This document shows, piece after piece, positions 62,494-64,000 of a DNA stretch of 64,000 nucleotides. The stretch lies in the NCBI RefSeq assembly GCF_009914755.1, contig NC_060934.1, one strand, 5' to 3'. Below the pieces are notes generated by a model that had not been told where the DNA came from, did not search any database, and worked only from the letters and a program-made list of their open reading frames with translations. Within the stretch, counting starts at the first letter, position 1. The number at the start of each line of letters is the position of its first letter. The translations under genes were made by a program, and so were the position numbers. Source of the DNA: the human T2T-CHM13v2.0 reference genome, Homo sapiens.

Positions 62494-63095
62494 TGTGAGA
62501 AACAAACTTACCCGTCCAAACCCAAAGAATGGACTCAGATACCCAGAGAACAGCGAAAGTGAAACTTTTAATGATGAACTTGCAAGATCGGGTGTCTGAT
62601 GGACAAGCACACCCAGCAGTTTCGACAAGCAGTTTATCCCTAGAGTACGGGTCCCTCCCCCAGTTGCTCATAGACTGAGTACTATGGGGTCACAATTTTC
62701 CCGGATGTTGCCTATTGATTGTTAGGTAGGGGCTTTAGGTGTTTTTTTTTAGGGTTGTCTTGCTGCATTTTGTTGCAGCTCACAATGCATTGCAATCCTA
62801 GTCAGCTCAGGGGCTCTTCAAGTGTTTGACTTATGACCTAAGTAGCTAGGCAGGCTGACAAGAAGAGACAAATCAAGCTATCTTGCAGACTAATAAACTT
62901 TTATCTAAACTTCTTTGGTTCGGGTGAGGGCAACTAAGGGGGTGGGGAAGAGGGAAGAAGGGGGAGGCCGACAAGCAGGCAGCAGCTATCCAAGCAGGGG
63001 CCTAGTATGTCCTGTTGCTTCTATAGTTTGCTGACCTAAGCCGATTCAAGGCACTTGGTCTTGGAAATGGACCACTGTATACATTATTTCCTTCA
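62494..63095 (-). mobile_element. ERV1-class solo LTR
   Basis: The reverse strand begins TGAAGGAAATAATGTATACAG and ends GTTTCTCACA; near 4-bp TSD TACA/GACA. Subfamily not assigned. Confidence 0.65.
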
Positions 63096-64000
63096 GACAC
63101 CCACCGTGGACACAATGCTCAGCTCATCCTGGCAGCCTGGCGAGATATGGCCTTGCCGCTAGAGCCGTTCCAGGCATCCCTACCCCAGACCAGGGGACTG
63201 GTCCAAGAGACCTGAGCTGGAACCTGAGAAGGACATCCAGGCAGCAGCCAAATAGGTGCCTGGTGCAAACAGGTGTTCAGGAAACACGGGCTTTCTCATC
63301 CACCCCAGTCCCTGCACAGGGCCGAGGAGGAGGAGGGCAGGCAGCTTTCTTGTCTGGCACAATCATTCACTTATCGAATACCTCATATGCCTGTGGTGCC
63401 AGGCGGGGTGCAGAATGTTATCCCATTCCATCCTCACTGACCATAAGGGAAGTATGAACACGTTTCACTTTGTAGATGAGGAAACTGAGTCCCAGTGAGA
63501 ATAGGCATTTGCTCATGGCCACACAGCAGGTAAGAGATGGAGTCAGCAGTCAAACCCAGGTCTGACTGACTCCAGAGCCTGCGCACTCTCTGACAAGCAG
63601 CTCCACAGAACCGTGGCTGCCCAAGCAGGTGACTCCACAAAGAGCCTGGAGCCTCTGGGACCTGGACAGGGAAGTAGATTGCAGCCTTGTGAGAGTTACA
63701 TCATGTGATGAGGGCTTTCTGATCCCACAGTCTACAGAGGGAACCACAGCTGGAGCTGAGCAAAGCCAGCTCATCCAGGCAGGGGCTCCAGTGAGTGCGC
63801 CCTGCTGCTCGCCAGGTGGTCAGCCTTCCAGCTTCCCCAGGGACTACCTACATGTCCCCCCAATGCTTACTGCCCACTCCCAGGAGGGGCTGCGTGTCAG
63901 AGCAGGCCAGAGCACCAGATGCCCTGTAAGGGTGTGTCTCTGTGTGTTTGTGTATGTGAGTGTGCACACACATGCATGTGGAAATGTGCGTGGGTGCGTA

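Overview
Human (great-ape-type) genomic DNA that I recognise from gene content and order as the chromosome 10q11.22 segmental-duplication region. All genes are on the + strand, in this order: (1) the 3' end of an AGAP/CTGLF-family gene (ArfGAP + ankyrin, intronless here, catalytic Arg finger replaced by Cys); (2) a 3-exon FAM25 copy with an intact promoter and splice sites but a TAG at codon 22 (FAM25BP-like); (3) an isolated ~290-bp fragment of the ATXN1L 5' coding region; (4) a complete 12-exon, 327-codon annexin A8 gene (ANXA8L1-type copy) containing a GC-AG intron; (5) a CpG-island promoter, probably LINC00842; (6) a long tract of old L1/LTR elements; (7) a 5'-inverted HNRNPA1 processed pseudogene. 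Alu, L1, MIR and LTR repeats fill most of the rest. I see no prokaryotic-type system (CRISPR, operon). The most unusual features are the ATXN1L fragment next to the ANXA8 promoter, the Arg-finger-dead ArfGAP, and a cluster of template-switch and twin-priming scars at 42-59 kb. Paralog names and repeat subfamily names come from memory and need database confirmation. Repeat boundaries without a stated TSD are approximate.
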